A DNA stretch of 64,000 nt from Selaginella moellendorffii (taxonomy: Eukaryota; Plantae; Lycopodiophyta): contig NW_003314318.1 of the NCBI RefSeq assembly GCF_000143415.4, positions 1,165,690-1,229,689 of the forward strand, given 5' to 3'. The translations under genes and the position numbers were made by a program. This document shows positions 11,266-23,304 of the stretch, in pieces (within the stretch, counting starts at the first letter, position 1; each line of letters starts with the position of its first letter). The notes beneath the pieces are model-generated. The model was not told the DNA's origin, searched no databases, and saw nothing but the letters and a program-made list of their open reading frames with translations.

Positions 11266-12414
11266 TGTAAGCCACAAATTTTTCCTTTCCAATTTGCCAG
11301 CTTACCTCGTCTATCCGTCCAACACCGCCTTGGCCTTTGCTAAGTTCCCTTGCCAAGGTTCTCGCCTATGGTACCAGCTCCTACTTGATCTCAGCTACTT
11401 ACTGCACGAGCAACGGAGTGTTAGCCATCCATCTACGGATTCCCAAATCACTCCCAATCCCCCTCCCCGGGTTAGACTGGACTTAAGGTTCGGCTACACT
11501 CCCCGCAAGCACAAGCAGCCAAGCACACCAAGCTTCCAGGTTCCTAACTTCCCTCGGTACCACAAGACTTGATCATGGGACCCTCTAAATCCCAAGTCTT
11601 GAGTGCAACACTTGCTTCGGGACGCCGGGGCGAAACACCGTGGCCTAGCGGCCCGGTATGGGTACCTCTCGCCCCCCACTTCCATCCCGAAGGAAGGCCC
11701 AAGCCCCTAGGAAGGGCGAGGACCAATGAGCCGCATGGTATTCAAGTGGGGCACCACTCCACATGAGCCGGGAGCACCGCAATTGGTTTCCCTTTCGGGA
11801 GTGGGAGCTGCTCTTGAGCACTTCCTTGGATGGCCCCTCCGGCACCAGCCAAGTCCATGCTCACTCCCACCCAAGGCCCCTCGGTCCCAGTCCCAACCTC
11901 AAGTCAGTTTGGAAGCCCAACTGGAGAGTCCCTTCAAAACTGGTTCCTGGACCTCACTATCCCTACTATACTTTTGGAACCCCCTGCAGCCCCCCCCCCC
12001 CTGGGAGACGCACGCTTTGGGCTTTCACCCCTTGACCCGTATTAGTATTTGGACTTAGTCTCTGGCTCGATCTCGGACCCGATTTCGGATCCGACTTCGG
12101 ATTCGGGTTCGGACTCGATTCCGGACTCGATCTCGGACCCGATCTCGGACCCGACCTCGGACTCGACCTCGGACTCGGTCTTGGACCCGATTTCGGATCT
12201 CGGACTCCATCTCGAACTCGGTCTCGAACTCGGACTCGAACTCGGCCCCCGAGCCGGTCTCGGACTCGATTCCGGACTCCATCCCGAACTCGGTCCTAGA
12301 GTCGGTCTTGGACTCGATCTTCGACTTGGTCCCATCCGATGAACTCTTTGTCATTTTGGTCATGCTTTCGGGGTTCCTTTAGCCTACGACACCTCGGTGA
12401 GTTGGTTCCTTACA
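11266..12414 (-). repeat. 5' LTR (1149 bp)
   Basis: Direct repeat of 4881-6031, followed by TSD CATAG. Confidence 0.95.
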
Positions 12415-12620
12415 CATAGCTCAGTAGAGGTGAAAGGACAATAAGGACATTTACATATCTAAAGTGGAGTATCTACAAACAGAAGTATTTATTGTGGGAC
12501 CATAGCTTAGTAGGGGTGAAAGGACAATGAGGACATTTACATCTCTGAAGTGGGTGTGAGTATCTATTATGGGACTGTGGCTCAATAGGGTGAAAGGACA
12601 ATAAGAACATTTATATCTCA
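12415..12620. repeat. ~86-bp tandem array, right part
   Basis: Resumes exactly at the interrupted unit (catag|ctcagtagaggtgaaagg...). Confidence 0.85.
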
Positions 12621-13567
12621 TGTGATCATAGGATAAATAGAGATAAAATAGCCACTAAAGGTTCTTTAATTAAGTAATTACCCCTTTTCCAATTGACTTT
12701 AAGGGCTACCACCAATTTTTATAGGATATATATCTTTTTTTATTGGTGTTCTACCATCTGTAACTGATATAGAGTGTAATTATGACATCAATTGAAGAGT
12801 TATAAATGATGCAATTTAGTTATTAGACAATGTTAAAAGATTGAGTTTATATGAAAATGTGAAGTAGATTCCTCTTAATAAAGAATTTGATTACTATAAG
12901 GATAACTTTAAAGATGAGTTGGAGATTTGATAAGATAGATATTAATCATTTAATTTGCCATTTGATCCTTTTTATGGCCTTTTAATCTTTCTTAACTTTT
13001 TTCTTATTTCTTAGCCTAAGCCATCTTCTCATTTGCAATATTTTCTGTTTTTGATATATAAATATGATTTTTATTTTTAATTTGATGTTGAGTTAAGTGT
13101 TTTTTGTCCTCCTCATATTAATCTAAATGCTAAGTATATGTGTGAAGTTAAGAATCTTACTTTTATTTTATTAGTAGAATCTTTAACACCCAAAGTTCAA
13201 TGTAGTCTCATATTTGGAAAATTCAGGTTCAACTTGTTTAAATTATCACATTACTTTTCAATTGTCATAATTAACTCACAAAAATTGTCCGTTCATACAT
13301 TTCCTATTACCAAAATACACAAATAAATTTATAAACCATGTCCTAGTTTGCTAATTTACTAAGAAAAGAAACATTTTTATCCTCATTAATGTGAGATTTG
13401 AGATTTATCATATTTTAAATAGCCACTAATCAATGGGAATTGAACTTATGTCATTTGCTCCAATACCACATGTAGCACACTCTATTTCTCTCCTCTTAAG
13501 CCAATTGGAAAAAAGGGTAATTGCTTGATAAAAGAGTTCTTAGTGGTTATTTTATCTCTATTTATCA

Positions 13568-16500
13568 CGTAAGGTTTAAAAGATCCACAGTGATAGTATA
13601 TTTGAATCTCATCCCATGATCATATGTGCTATAATAACAATACATTAAAGATAAGAAACATTAATATAATCACATCCCACAGCACCAAAAACTCAATCCA
13701 ACGAAGCAACACCAATATCCTCAAGTAATGATAGTATGGTATGGTGAAAAAAAAAGAATGTGAAGATTGAGAAGGAAGAATAAATTTTATAACTATAATC
13801 TTAGATTTGGCAAAAAGTTAACATAAATCTAAATCTAAAAGAGAATAAAAGAACAAAAATAAAAACATAATTACAAACAGTCCATAACATTGAGTAAATC
13901 ACTATCAAAAACTTTCCTCTCCAACAAAAAAACTTTGCACTCTTAAATACAGATTGCAATTCCACTAATATAAGCATTCAAAATATCAAAATAAATATCT
14001 TAATTGGGATTCCTTTGTTATATACAAGAATGTGTGAGTACATGGAATGTAGAAATAGAATATAAAAATATCCATATCAATTAGCCCAAAAACCATAACT
14101 TATATACAAAAGCAAGTGGTTCAGATTGAAACCAATTCAATAGCTATTAAAATCCTTCTATACTAATATTAATATATGGTATTGTAGCTATACATTTGGA
14201 ACTCACATCATCCCTTCCTTTCGGAATGATGGAAGATAGTTAGGGTTATGTAATGGATGGGTTGGGATCTAGAGGAATATCAAGAGGAAGCATTGGTAGA
14301 TCTATAGGTGATGCTAGTTGTTCATAATCTCTTTGTATGAAGCATTTCAGCCGTTGCATATGAACAATTTTTGAAAGATTGACTTGTTGGACATTATGTT
14401 GAACCTCATAAACTTGCAATCTAATTTGCCGCAACACTTGATATGATCCCTTCCATTGAGCAAGGAGCCTCTTAGACAAACCACATACCATAAGATTGGG
14501 AAAATGAACTAACACAAAGTCATCCACTTTGTACTTTGCAAGTAGACAATGATGGGAGTTGTAGTGTCATTGTTGTCCCACTTGTATGCGGCCCAGGTGT
14601 TCGGAAAACTTTGCTCAGACAAGTGGAAAAATGCTTTTCAAATATTAATCCCAAAACCTAGCATCGACAGCTCGTGGCAATCATGAAGGGAAACTCAACT
14701 TCGTTAGTAGTATTGGATCATGACCATATAAGAGTTTATATGGTGAAGCACCAATAGAACTTTGCATCTTTGTGACATATGCATATCAAAGAGATGGCAA
14801 ATAACTATCCCAATCTAAATATTGAAAGTTCACATACTTTGCAATCATCCCTTTGAAGGTCCAAATGAGCCATTCCACTAAACCATATGACTGTAGATAA
14901 TAAACATTTGTAAAAGTGTGGTGTATCCTCAACTAAGATATCAAAATGTGAAAATCCTTAGCTATAAATGTAGGATTATTATCTGAAAGAATTCACTCCG
15001 GACAAGAATGCTAGAACACTACTCGATTAAGGAGGAAGTATCTAACAACAGTTGCAAACACACTAGTAAGAGCACTGACTTTCACCTAGTGAGTCATAGT
15101 CAAAAGCAATAATGACATACTCATTGCTAGTAATTGACTGTGGAAAAGGCCCCATCAAATCAAATGCCACTAACTAAAATGGACAAGAAGTTGCAATTGA
15201 CTCCAACTATCCTTTCGTAGCACAAGAGGGAGTATTATGAGCTTAGCACTAAATGCAGCTACACATATGCCAGATAATATTATATTGCATCTCTGGCCAA
15301 TAAAAAGACCTATGCAACTTCTCGATCACATGATAATATCCCACATGCTCATCTAGAATAGGAGAATCATGGTAAGCATGAAAAAAGCGTGGAATAAAGA
15401 TAAAAGGCATCACCAGCTGTAAATGATTATTAGGATCTATCCCCTATAAATGCTGAAATAGCAAGTTATTAGCAAGTGATGTAAGATTCTCAAACCTATT
15501 GCAAAGCTTTCGAATCCATGGCTCATCTTTTAAGCCTCACAAATCTTATCAAGAAAAGGTAAATTTTACTCTACACCTTATGGACATTAAATATCAAGTA
15601 CAACAATTGCCGATGGCACAGAATCCTTATCCAAAAAATCCATAAATATTGGAATAATAGACTTATCAAAAACATGAGAAAAGAACAAAGAAGGAAAAGG
15701 AGTTCAAGAAAGGGCATCATCATTAGCTATAAAATTCCTTAGACAATGAACAACATCAAAATTATATATATAAAGCTTCAAAGCTCATCAAGCCGTACGA
15801 TTAACCAAGTTCTTCTGCTTAAATAATAAAGTAACTATAGTATAATCACCTTTTAGTAATGTTTGAGAACCATGTAAATATACATAAAGTTTCTCGAAAC
15901 CCCCCAACAACTTTCTAGTGGATAATGGACAAGGTTCTTTGTGATATGCCAAAAGTCACTGCTAACTTCATCGATGATGTCTTGATCCACTTAGAAGGGA
16001 CGTAGGAGGAACACATATGTAATGTTCATAAAGTGTTAGATTGGCTACGGGAAGTTGGTTTAAAGTTGAAGTGATTAAAGTGGTTGAAGTGTGTGTTTGG
16101 TTCCAAGGACACAACTTCTCTTGAATATTATATTTTTCGTAATAGTTTGTAAGTTGGTTTTAACAAACTTGTGGCTGTTTCAAAGTCCTTTATGCCGACG
16201 TGTGCGAATGATATGCAATACTTCCTAGGCAAGGTGCAATATCTCAATTGTTTTGTTGATCATCTTTCTAGTCATACTACACTATTGTGAGTATTGTTAA
16301 AGTCATCAATATCATCTTTCATCTGGTATGTGGACTGTAAACGGGCTCTCAAAAAGTTATTGATAACTCCTTTAGTTTTGGCATATCCTAACTATACTTG
16401 ACTTTTCATTTTGCATATGGATGTTTCTAATATCAATTTTGAAGGTGTGTCAATGCAAGAGAGCTTGAGTATGCCTAATCAGTGCCATCCCATTGCATAT

Positions 16501-18730
16501 ATCAGCTAGACATTACAATCATCAGAGTTGAACTACTCCACAATAGAGAAGGAGTGTTTATGTTTAGTAACAATTTAGCACTGTTCAAATCAAATAGCAT
16601 CTCTAAACATTCGTACAAACCAAATGATATACAAAAAGCAATCAAAGGAATATCTTCCTCAGCCATCAACACTTGCCAGTACCTAAAAGCAAAATCTAGC
16701 TTGGTAAATCAATGACTTCTCCCTAGATGATCTAAAAGATGACTAGTGTGAAGAAGAAGGTACATATCCAAAATCATCACTTTGTTTAACGGATGATAGT
16801 CGATGCAAAAACAAATACTCTCATTATGCTTCATCACAAAATGAGGTTCACACGTCTAAAGATTCTGTGACTTTTGAATAACACCTTTTTCCAACATCTC
16901 CTTAACGTTGATATGTAAAATTATGATCTTTTTTGGTGACCGACAACAAACGAAAACTTTGATTGGACAAGCATCCCCAATTGGAATAGGATGACGTGTT
17001 ACAATTTTGGCCCTAGATAACAGATCAAATTCAAAAAGATCAATATACTCCTTCATGAACTGGTCAATTGCTACAACACAAAGATTGTCAGTGGGATCCA
17101 AAAAAGGAACAAAAGAACAAAATGAAAATATAAGAAAAAGTAATGGAGAGATAAAAGTGATGGAAACAAAAGTAGAAATAAGATGAAAAGATATAAAAGT
17201 GAGAGGAATAAAAGAAATATAAAAAAGTATAAAACAAAAGTGAGAAGCCTCAAAATCACATTTGGCATTATTGTGCCACAACAAATCTATACCAAGAATG
17301 AGGTCAAAAACTTGATTTGGCACCACCCGCAATGATTGCAACTCAAGTTTGAGATCTCCCACACACATAACTAGATCCACCTCATCCTATGTACATACGT
17401 GTGTAGCCGTTGCCATAAAGAATGAAAACTAGCTCTGATGTATAACGCAAATGTAGACGATAACATGTAGTAATAGGCTAAGCAATAGAAGATAAACTCA
17501 AGTCTGTATCAACCAATACAAAGAGAATAATAGAAGAACTTTTGTGATAACAACAAGCTTAGAAAGTAAATACCAGATCGAATGAACCCCTTAATGATAC
17601 TTTTGAAAGAAAAATGGAAAGGTTACTAACTTATTCACGCAAGGACCCTCTGTTACTCATGCAACTCCTCATTTCCCATTTCTCAGTGTTCAGACTTTCC
17701 ACTGTAGCAGCACTAATAAGAAATTGTTGATGCCAAAGTCTCCACCTAGGAAATGGAGGTTGCCAATCTGGAAAATGCCGATAACGTTAATAAATGTGAT
17801 TAACTTCATCATACACCTAGCAAGGGACATCATAGCCACGACCACATCCTCGCTCTTGTCCTTGAATTCAAGCAGCAGCAGCATGAACCTCCATAAGAAC
17901 ATGACTATCTTCTATAGGAAGTAAAGTTGAAGGATGTGTAACAAAAAGTGGAAGAGGCAACATTTTATAATATTGTGCCAAGTGAAAAGCATTGTAAAGA
18001 ATGGTTAAAGTAAGTGTATGCATAAGTCTTACAAAATCTTAACAAAATGTTAGCTACAACATTCCCAATTTGATCCACTTTAATATATTTGGTTCTGCAC
18101 AAAGTAAAAGGCTTTGAAAACAAATACTAAATTACATCACTGACTCAAATTGACCTTGATGAAGACAATGTAATTGTTAGAAGGCATAATCACAATTATC
18201 AACATGTCTAAATGTGCATTTAAAGATATCTGAAAGAATGCTCCAATCCTTATGAGTGGTTGTGCTCAAACCATTGTACCATTGTAATGCCATCCTTTAT
18301 AGACACTTGGAAACTCACGCAAACGCTAAACATCTTTCCAAGAATAATATGTGGCAATCACCATAAAGTGATCAAACCAATAGTACCCAGGATTCTTATA
18401 GAAGATCTTTGGCAATACGTGAAGATTGGCAACAAGAGCAAGAAAAGTTGTACCATATGCCATGAATATCATTATCAACTAAGACTGATTATTCAATTGC
18501 AACCACATAACATTGAGTAATTACACCAATTATTGCATTAGAGTCAAAAAGGGGAGGAGGGTGCTACTCTACCATGAAATGAATAAAAAGGAAAAAAGCA
18601 AAAGAAAAGAAATTGAAAAAATTATAAAGAAAAGGAGATTTAGACAATGCAAAAGTTGAATTTAAAGTAGAATCCCAAATCCAAGCACTCCTTTGAGACA
18701 ATCAAAATTGCCCCTCACCTCCACCACGTA
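13568..18730 (-). mobile_element. Old, highly degenerate Ty3/gypsy retrotransposon
   Basis: Stop-riddled protease/RT (VKEMLEKGVIQKS; FTKLDFAFRYWQV), RNase H, and integrase C-terminus (KRLLAQWKGSYQV). PPT-like aaggaagggatga near 14210-14220, probable 3' LTR ~13568-14208, PBS-like tggtggaggtg near 18716-18726. Confidence 0.75.
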
Positions 18731-18779
18731 TAAAGGAATCTAGGAGCAGAAGTGCCAACCATCCTGGAAGAGCCGCATA

Positions 18780-19035
18780 AATTGACAGTCATGCAGATAG
18801 ACTTCGGTCAGAGGCATGGGATTCCCAAGCTCATCTACAATCTCTCCCTGAAAGTTCTTTGACCTTTGGGAAACTCGATCTTGTAGTATCGGTCTTGGAC
18901 CTCTTCCTGCTCCAGAGAAAAAGCTGGAGATTTGTAAGTGCTCCTTTGAATTCTGGAGCAGTCCTTCGATTCTGCTGGAAATGAAGGCCATAGGAAAACG
19001 ATGGCCACGACCAGAACCAAAAACTTCCCGTCCAT
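18780..19035 (-). pseudogene. SURNod19 5' fragment
   Basis: MDGKFLVLVVAIVFLW..YKSPAFSLE..QDRYYKIEFPKG, then frameshifted and truncated. Confidence 0.8.
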
Positions 19036-19776
19036 TTTTTAGCTGCTATCCACCCCCGCCGTGCTCAACTCACCACATGGGTCGTAGGACTTCACCTGTA
19101 TGCCGTCACCTATGCTTAGTGGTTTGGACATCACTTTTAGTCTTACAAGTGCTTGGACGATTCAGCGACAATTTCCGTACCATGAGTCGCTGTCTTCAAT
19201 GTGCTTCCTATGAGCAATAGACCACACGGCTTCCATAGACCAGCTCTTGGCCCACATGCGGTTTGTGGGGATATATCCGAGATCTCGCGTCCCAGAAGAT
19301 CGATCTTGTCGAAGACAATCGAGACCTTCCAGATTGTATTAGCGGAATCGCCTCTAGATTAAGAAAAATCGAACACAGTTCTTGTTCCAACCTCGCTTGA
19401 AAGAAAAAAACCAGAAAAAATGTAGAACTGTTGTTATAGATCAGATGAAACTGGACTCCGCGGGGGACTGCAGTGGAGTTTTATTGCACCTCTCTCAAAA
19501 CTTCTCCGGTTCTTCTTCCTTCTAAAAAAACTCTAAAAAAACACTAAAAAAGTTGATCTGCACAACCACGAAGTTTATAGTTCTCATGAAATTTTTGATC
19601 TTTCATATTCGAACACATACTCGCAAACTGTGCAGAAGTTTGATCATCCTTTTTTCCCCAAATGTATAGACAGATATGAGCCACAAATAATCTTATCATG
19701 GCAATGCACTATATCCTCCACGAGACACTCGTTTCTTCTTCCAGGCGCCAACTCCCACCACAGCAACGATCCGCCA

Positions 19777-21183
19777 TCACATTAACTCCATGTCCTGGAG
19801 TTTCGAATCGCTCAATCTAAGAACTTGAAAGAACTTGAGGTAAACACCACACATACCTTGAATTCTCCCAGAGACACGGTGTCATCGTCGCCCACGACGA
19901 GGTAGAAGTACCCCATGACACCCGTGTGCTCCTGGGCGGAGCTATAAGACGAAGACAAGCGGAGCTTCTCGCCGCTCGCGATCGTCACAGTCCCTGGCTC
20001 AGGAGTGCACGTAGACATCCCAACAACGTAGCCAGCTTCGTTGCCAGGAGCTGATCCATTCCCGTATATAGGAATCGAGGAGCACAAGTGCCGTCCATCC
20101 TGGAAAAGCCAGTGAAATCGTTAGAAAGACGAGAGTTTTGTCTACTGTACCTCTCCGTGCATGGTTATGCCCATGGCTCCACCGTGCTGATGCGCTACTC
20201 CGTAGATAAAGCTGCCTCCTTTGGGAATCACCAGGTGATTCTCCAGCTGATGAATGCAATCGGGATTCGAGGACGGGTCACAAGCAGGAACGTCATACTC
20301 GATCTGCAGGACGATAGTAAGAAGCCAAAAAGAAAAATCAGGAAAAACGAACGTTGCAGCCAACATCACGGTCGACTGGATCACGCTTCCTGCTGTCTGT
20401 GATGTCGAATATGTAAACACGAACAGGCAGGACACACTCGTCCCACTCCACCCATTCAATGGTGTACTGCATGTAGAGAGTCCTCTTTGATGCTTGAAAT
20501 CCCGGCCTCACTGCGCATTTAGTCCCGTCGTAGCAGCAGCTGAAACCGCCTTTGTAGCCTTCCTTCAAAGGCTGTCCCGAGATTTTTGTTGTTACGTTGT
20601 ATAAGCTGCAGCGGCACTCGAGGCATCCTTGGGGATCATACGTTCCTCTGGTGTCAATGGCATGGACGTTGAGCACCCAGAGCTCCTCGTAGCCTTCCGG
20701 AGGATTGCCAACGCCGATAGCATAGGAGCCTGGAATATAATAGCTCGTCTGCCTCGTCTCGGAACCAAGACCCCAGAACTGCGACAGGATGTCCTCCTGA
20801 CAAATTCCAGCGTTTCCAGCGGTCTTAGCTGATGACGAGCCTAGATGATCCCGTCCATGATGGAAGCCGCCTCTTACCAGCTCTTTTCTCTCGGAACTCT
20901 TCATGTAGTGGCCATATACCGCCCAGTGATGCAGATAGACTTCGCTCAGAGGCACGGAATTCCCAAGCTCGTCTACAACCTCTCCCTGGAAGTTCTTGAC
21001 GCCGATATGACCTTTGGGAAACTCGAGCTCGTAGTATCGGTCTTGGACATCTCCCGGCTCCAGAGAAAAAGCTGGAGATTTGTAAGTCTTCCTTTGAATT
21101 CTGGAGCAGTCCTTCGATTCTGCTGGAGATGAAGACCATAGCAAAACGATGGCCACGACTAGAACGAAAGGCTTCCCGTCCAT
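19777..21183 (-). CDS. SURNod19 family protein; exons ~21183-20353, 20303-20151, 20099-19857, 19794-19777
   Basis: Signal peptide; VYLHHW, GLGSETR, NVHAIDTRG, CLECRC, CCYDGTKC, GVAHQHGG, GNEAGYVVGMSTC, HTGVMG; GT-AG introns. Confidence 0.85.
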
Positions 21184-22540
21184 TTTTAGCCGCTATTCAC
21201 CCCCCGCCGTGCTCACTAGAAAATCACCGCGGACAAAAACCACTTGTGTGGTAGGACCTTCGTTGCATGCCGCCACCTATGCTTAGTGGTTTGGACACCG
21301 CTTTCAGTCTGACAAGAGCAAATCCCTGTGCAATGGTCACAGTATCCATCTTCTTGGACGATTCTGCGTCGACGATTTCAGCACCAGCCTCACTGATCTC
21401 TGCAATGAGCACAAGTAAGAAAATGTCCACGGCTCAGCGTACCTTTGCCACCTGTCAAGAAAATTATCGCTCCATTGTCGAAGTCGATCGCTTGGATTGT
21501 ATTCGAGAGGAATCGCCTCCCCTGTCAATCACTAGATTAAGAAAAACTCAACACAGTAGAGAAAACCTCCACAGCCGGTCTCCTTCTGGAATTCCTTGTT
21601 CCAACCTCGACAAAAGATAATACTGCTCCTCGGCAACCTCTTCAATCAGTGGAGCTGGAAAAGAAAAAAACAACGTGTAACTGTTGTTATAGATCAGCGT
21701 CACTATGAAACTTACGTCCGAAAAGACACCTCGAAAGCCGAGACATCCTGTCCTGGGATCTTTATGCCAACGCCAGCCTTGGACATTGAAGAATTCCCAG
21801 CAGCATCACGTCCAGCCCCACACCCTACAGAGCCCTCGTTGTCACGTTCACACTCCAGAGCACTTCCAAACCACGTAGATCTGCGACTGCGAGACTGCGA
21901 GCTCTTTTGACATGCACGCAGTTTGTGCCTGAAACAAGTGAAAGTCCGTCATACGAACGCCAGGAGTCCAAACACCACTACCAGCTTTGAAGGCGACTTC
22001 TCGCTCCCGGGGCCTGTTCCCGATCTGTCCAGCTTCTCCAGCCTCGCCGGAGAATCCTGCTCAATTTTGTTCATGTTGTTCGTCGTCAGGCCCTGAAGGA
22101 ACTTGATAACATCCTCTCGGGCTGCAGCTTACACGCAAAAGGACCTTTTTCGGGGACCGTAGAACATAACTAGGAAACGACGGCGACGAGTGAAAGCAAA
22201 AGCTTCTCACATTTTTAGCATAGCCACGGCCCCTGTATCCTCCACCACCCAGCAAGCGCCAGATTGTAGCAGCCACCATCGTTGGAATTTTTCTTCTTGC
22301 TCATGCCCTCAAGAACTCCACCAAGTGCGTGAAACTCGGGCTTCATGGGGCTGGCTTGATAATGGCTCTTCCTCGTTGCTAACTCCGGTCCTACACTCTA
22401 TCCTTGAGTTTCTTCCATTCTATACTAACCAATAGTTCTCGATAACCAGACTCCTGCTCGTTCTAGCCTTCCTTTCTCGTTGCTTATACTATCCCCAAGA
22501 ACTGTGCTATATCCAGGCTTGTGCTTAAGTCGAGGAGAGC

Positions 22541-23088
22541 TTACTTGAGAACTACAGTGGCATTCCTGAGACCCAAGTAGCCTTGAACGTAATCGTCGGG
22601 AAGACATCTGATGCGCTTGAAGACATCGGCATTTGCATATCTGAGCTTTGTTCGTGGATCCGTGTAAGGTGCCTTTGAAGGAGAAAATAACGAAAGAGGG
22701 GAGATCACTCAGTGGAGAAATAGCGAGACAGCACCTTACCTCAAATCCAGAGATGTCGCAGTATTTCTTGGAGGGGTACATGGAAGGAGGCGATTCGATG
22801 TTAACATCTGCAAGCGAAAGAAAGAAACAGGATCACTGGCATGGAATCAGGGAACTCACAGTTGGGCTCATCAGCCGGAAGCAGATGGAAATTCTCGGCC
22901 TGGATTATCTGCTTGAGGTGCTTCCAGTGCCTACCTCGCGTGTTGCCCTTGGGGTAGCGCTCCAGGAGCTGCGATCGCTTGAATGGGAGCAGCGCTGGCA
23001 ACACGCATTCCGCCGCATCGATCGCCTCCTCGCCGCCGCACGACGAAGACGCCTGCGCCGCGTCACTGAAGGAAGCCTTGCGCTTCAT
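22541..23088 (-). CDS. IES6: INO80 complex subunit C / IES6 homologue (YL1 C-terminal domain), 3 exons
   Basis: [62 protein letters not shown]. Confidence 0.85.
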
Positions 23089-23304
23089 CTCGCAAACCCT
23101 AATAGCATCTATTCAAACAGAGGCGGGGATATCTCTTTCTTCCTAGTTTATAACTCTCTTTCCATCAGTTCTTTTGCTCGCTCCTAGCTTATGCTGATCT
23201 CAGCGTTCTAACGCGTCCAATGTTGCGTGATTTCTAGCGGGTCCACTCTTGAGTGATATGCTATGATAGATTTCTTTCGACGATGGAATGGATCAATTCG
23301 ATCC

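Larger units (their letters stand above)
4881..12414 (-). mobile_element. Full-length Ty3/gypsy chromovirus LTR retrotransposon
   Basis: Two ~1150-bp TG...CA LTRs, 5-bp TSD CATAG (4876-4880, 12415-12419), PBS, PPT, and Gag(CCHC)-PR-RT-RH-IN-chromodomain order. Confidence 0.97.

Noticed and set aside
21780-22495. Coding-like segment absent from the duplicate copy
   Set aside because: Stops in the frames examined and no recognisable motif.
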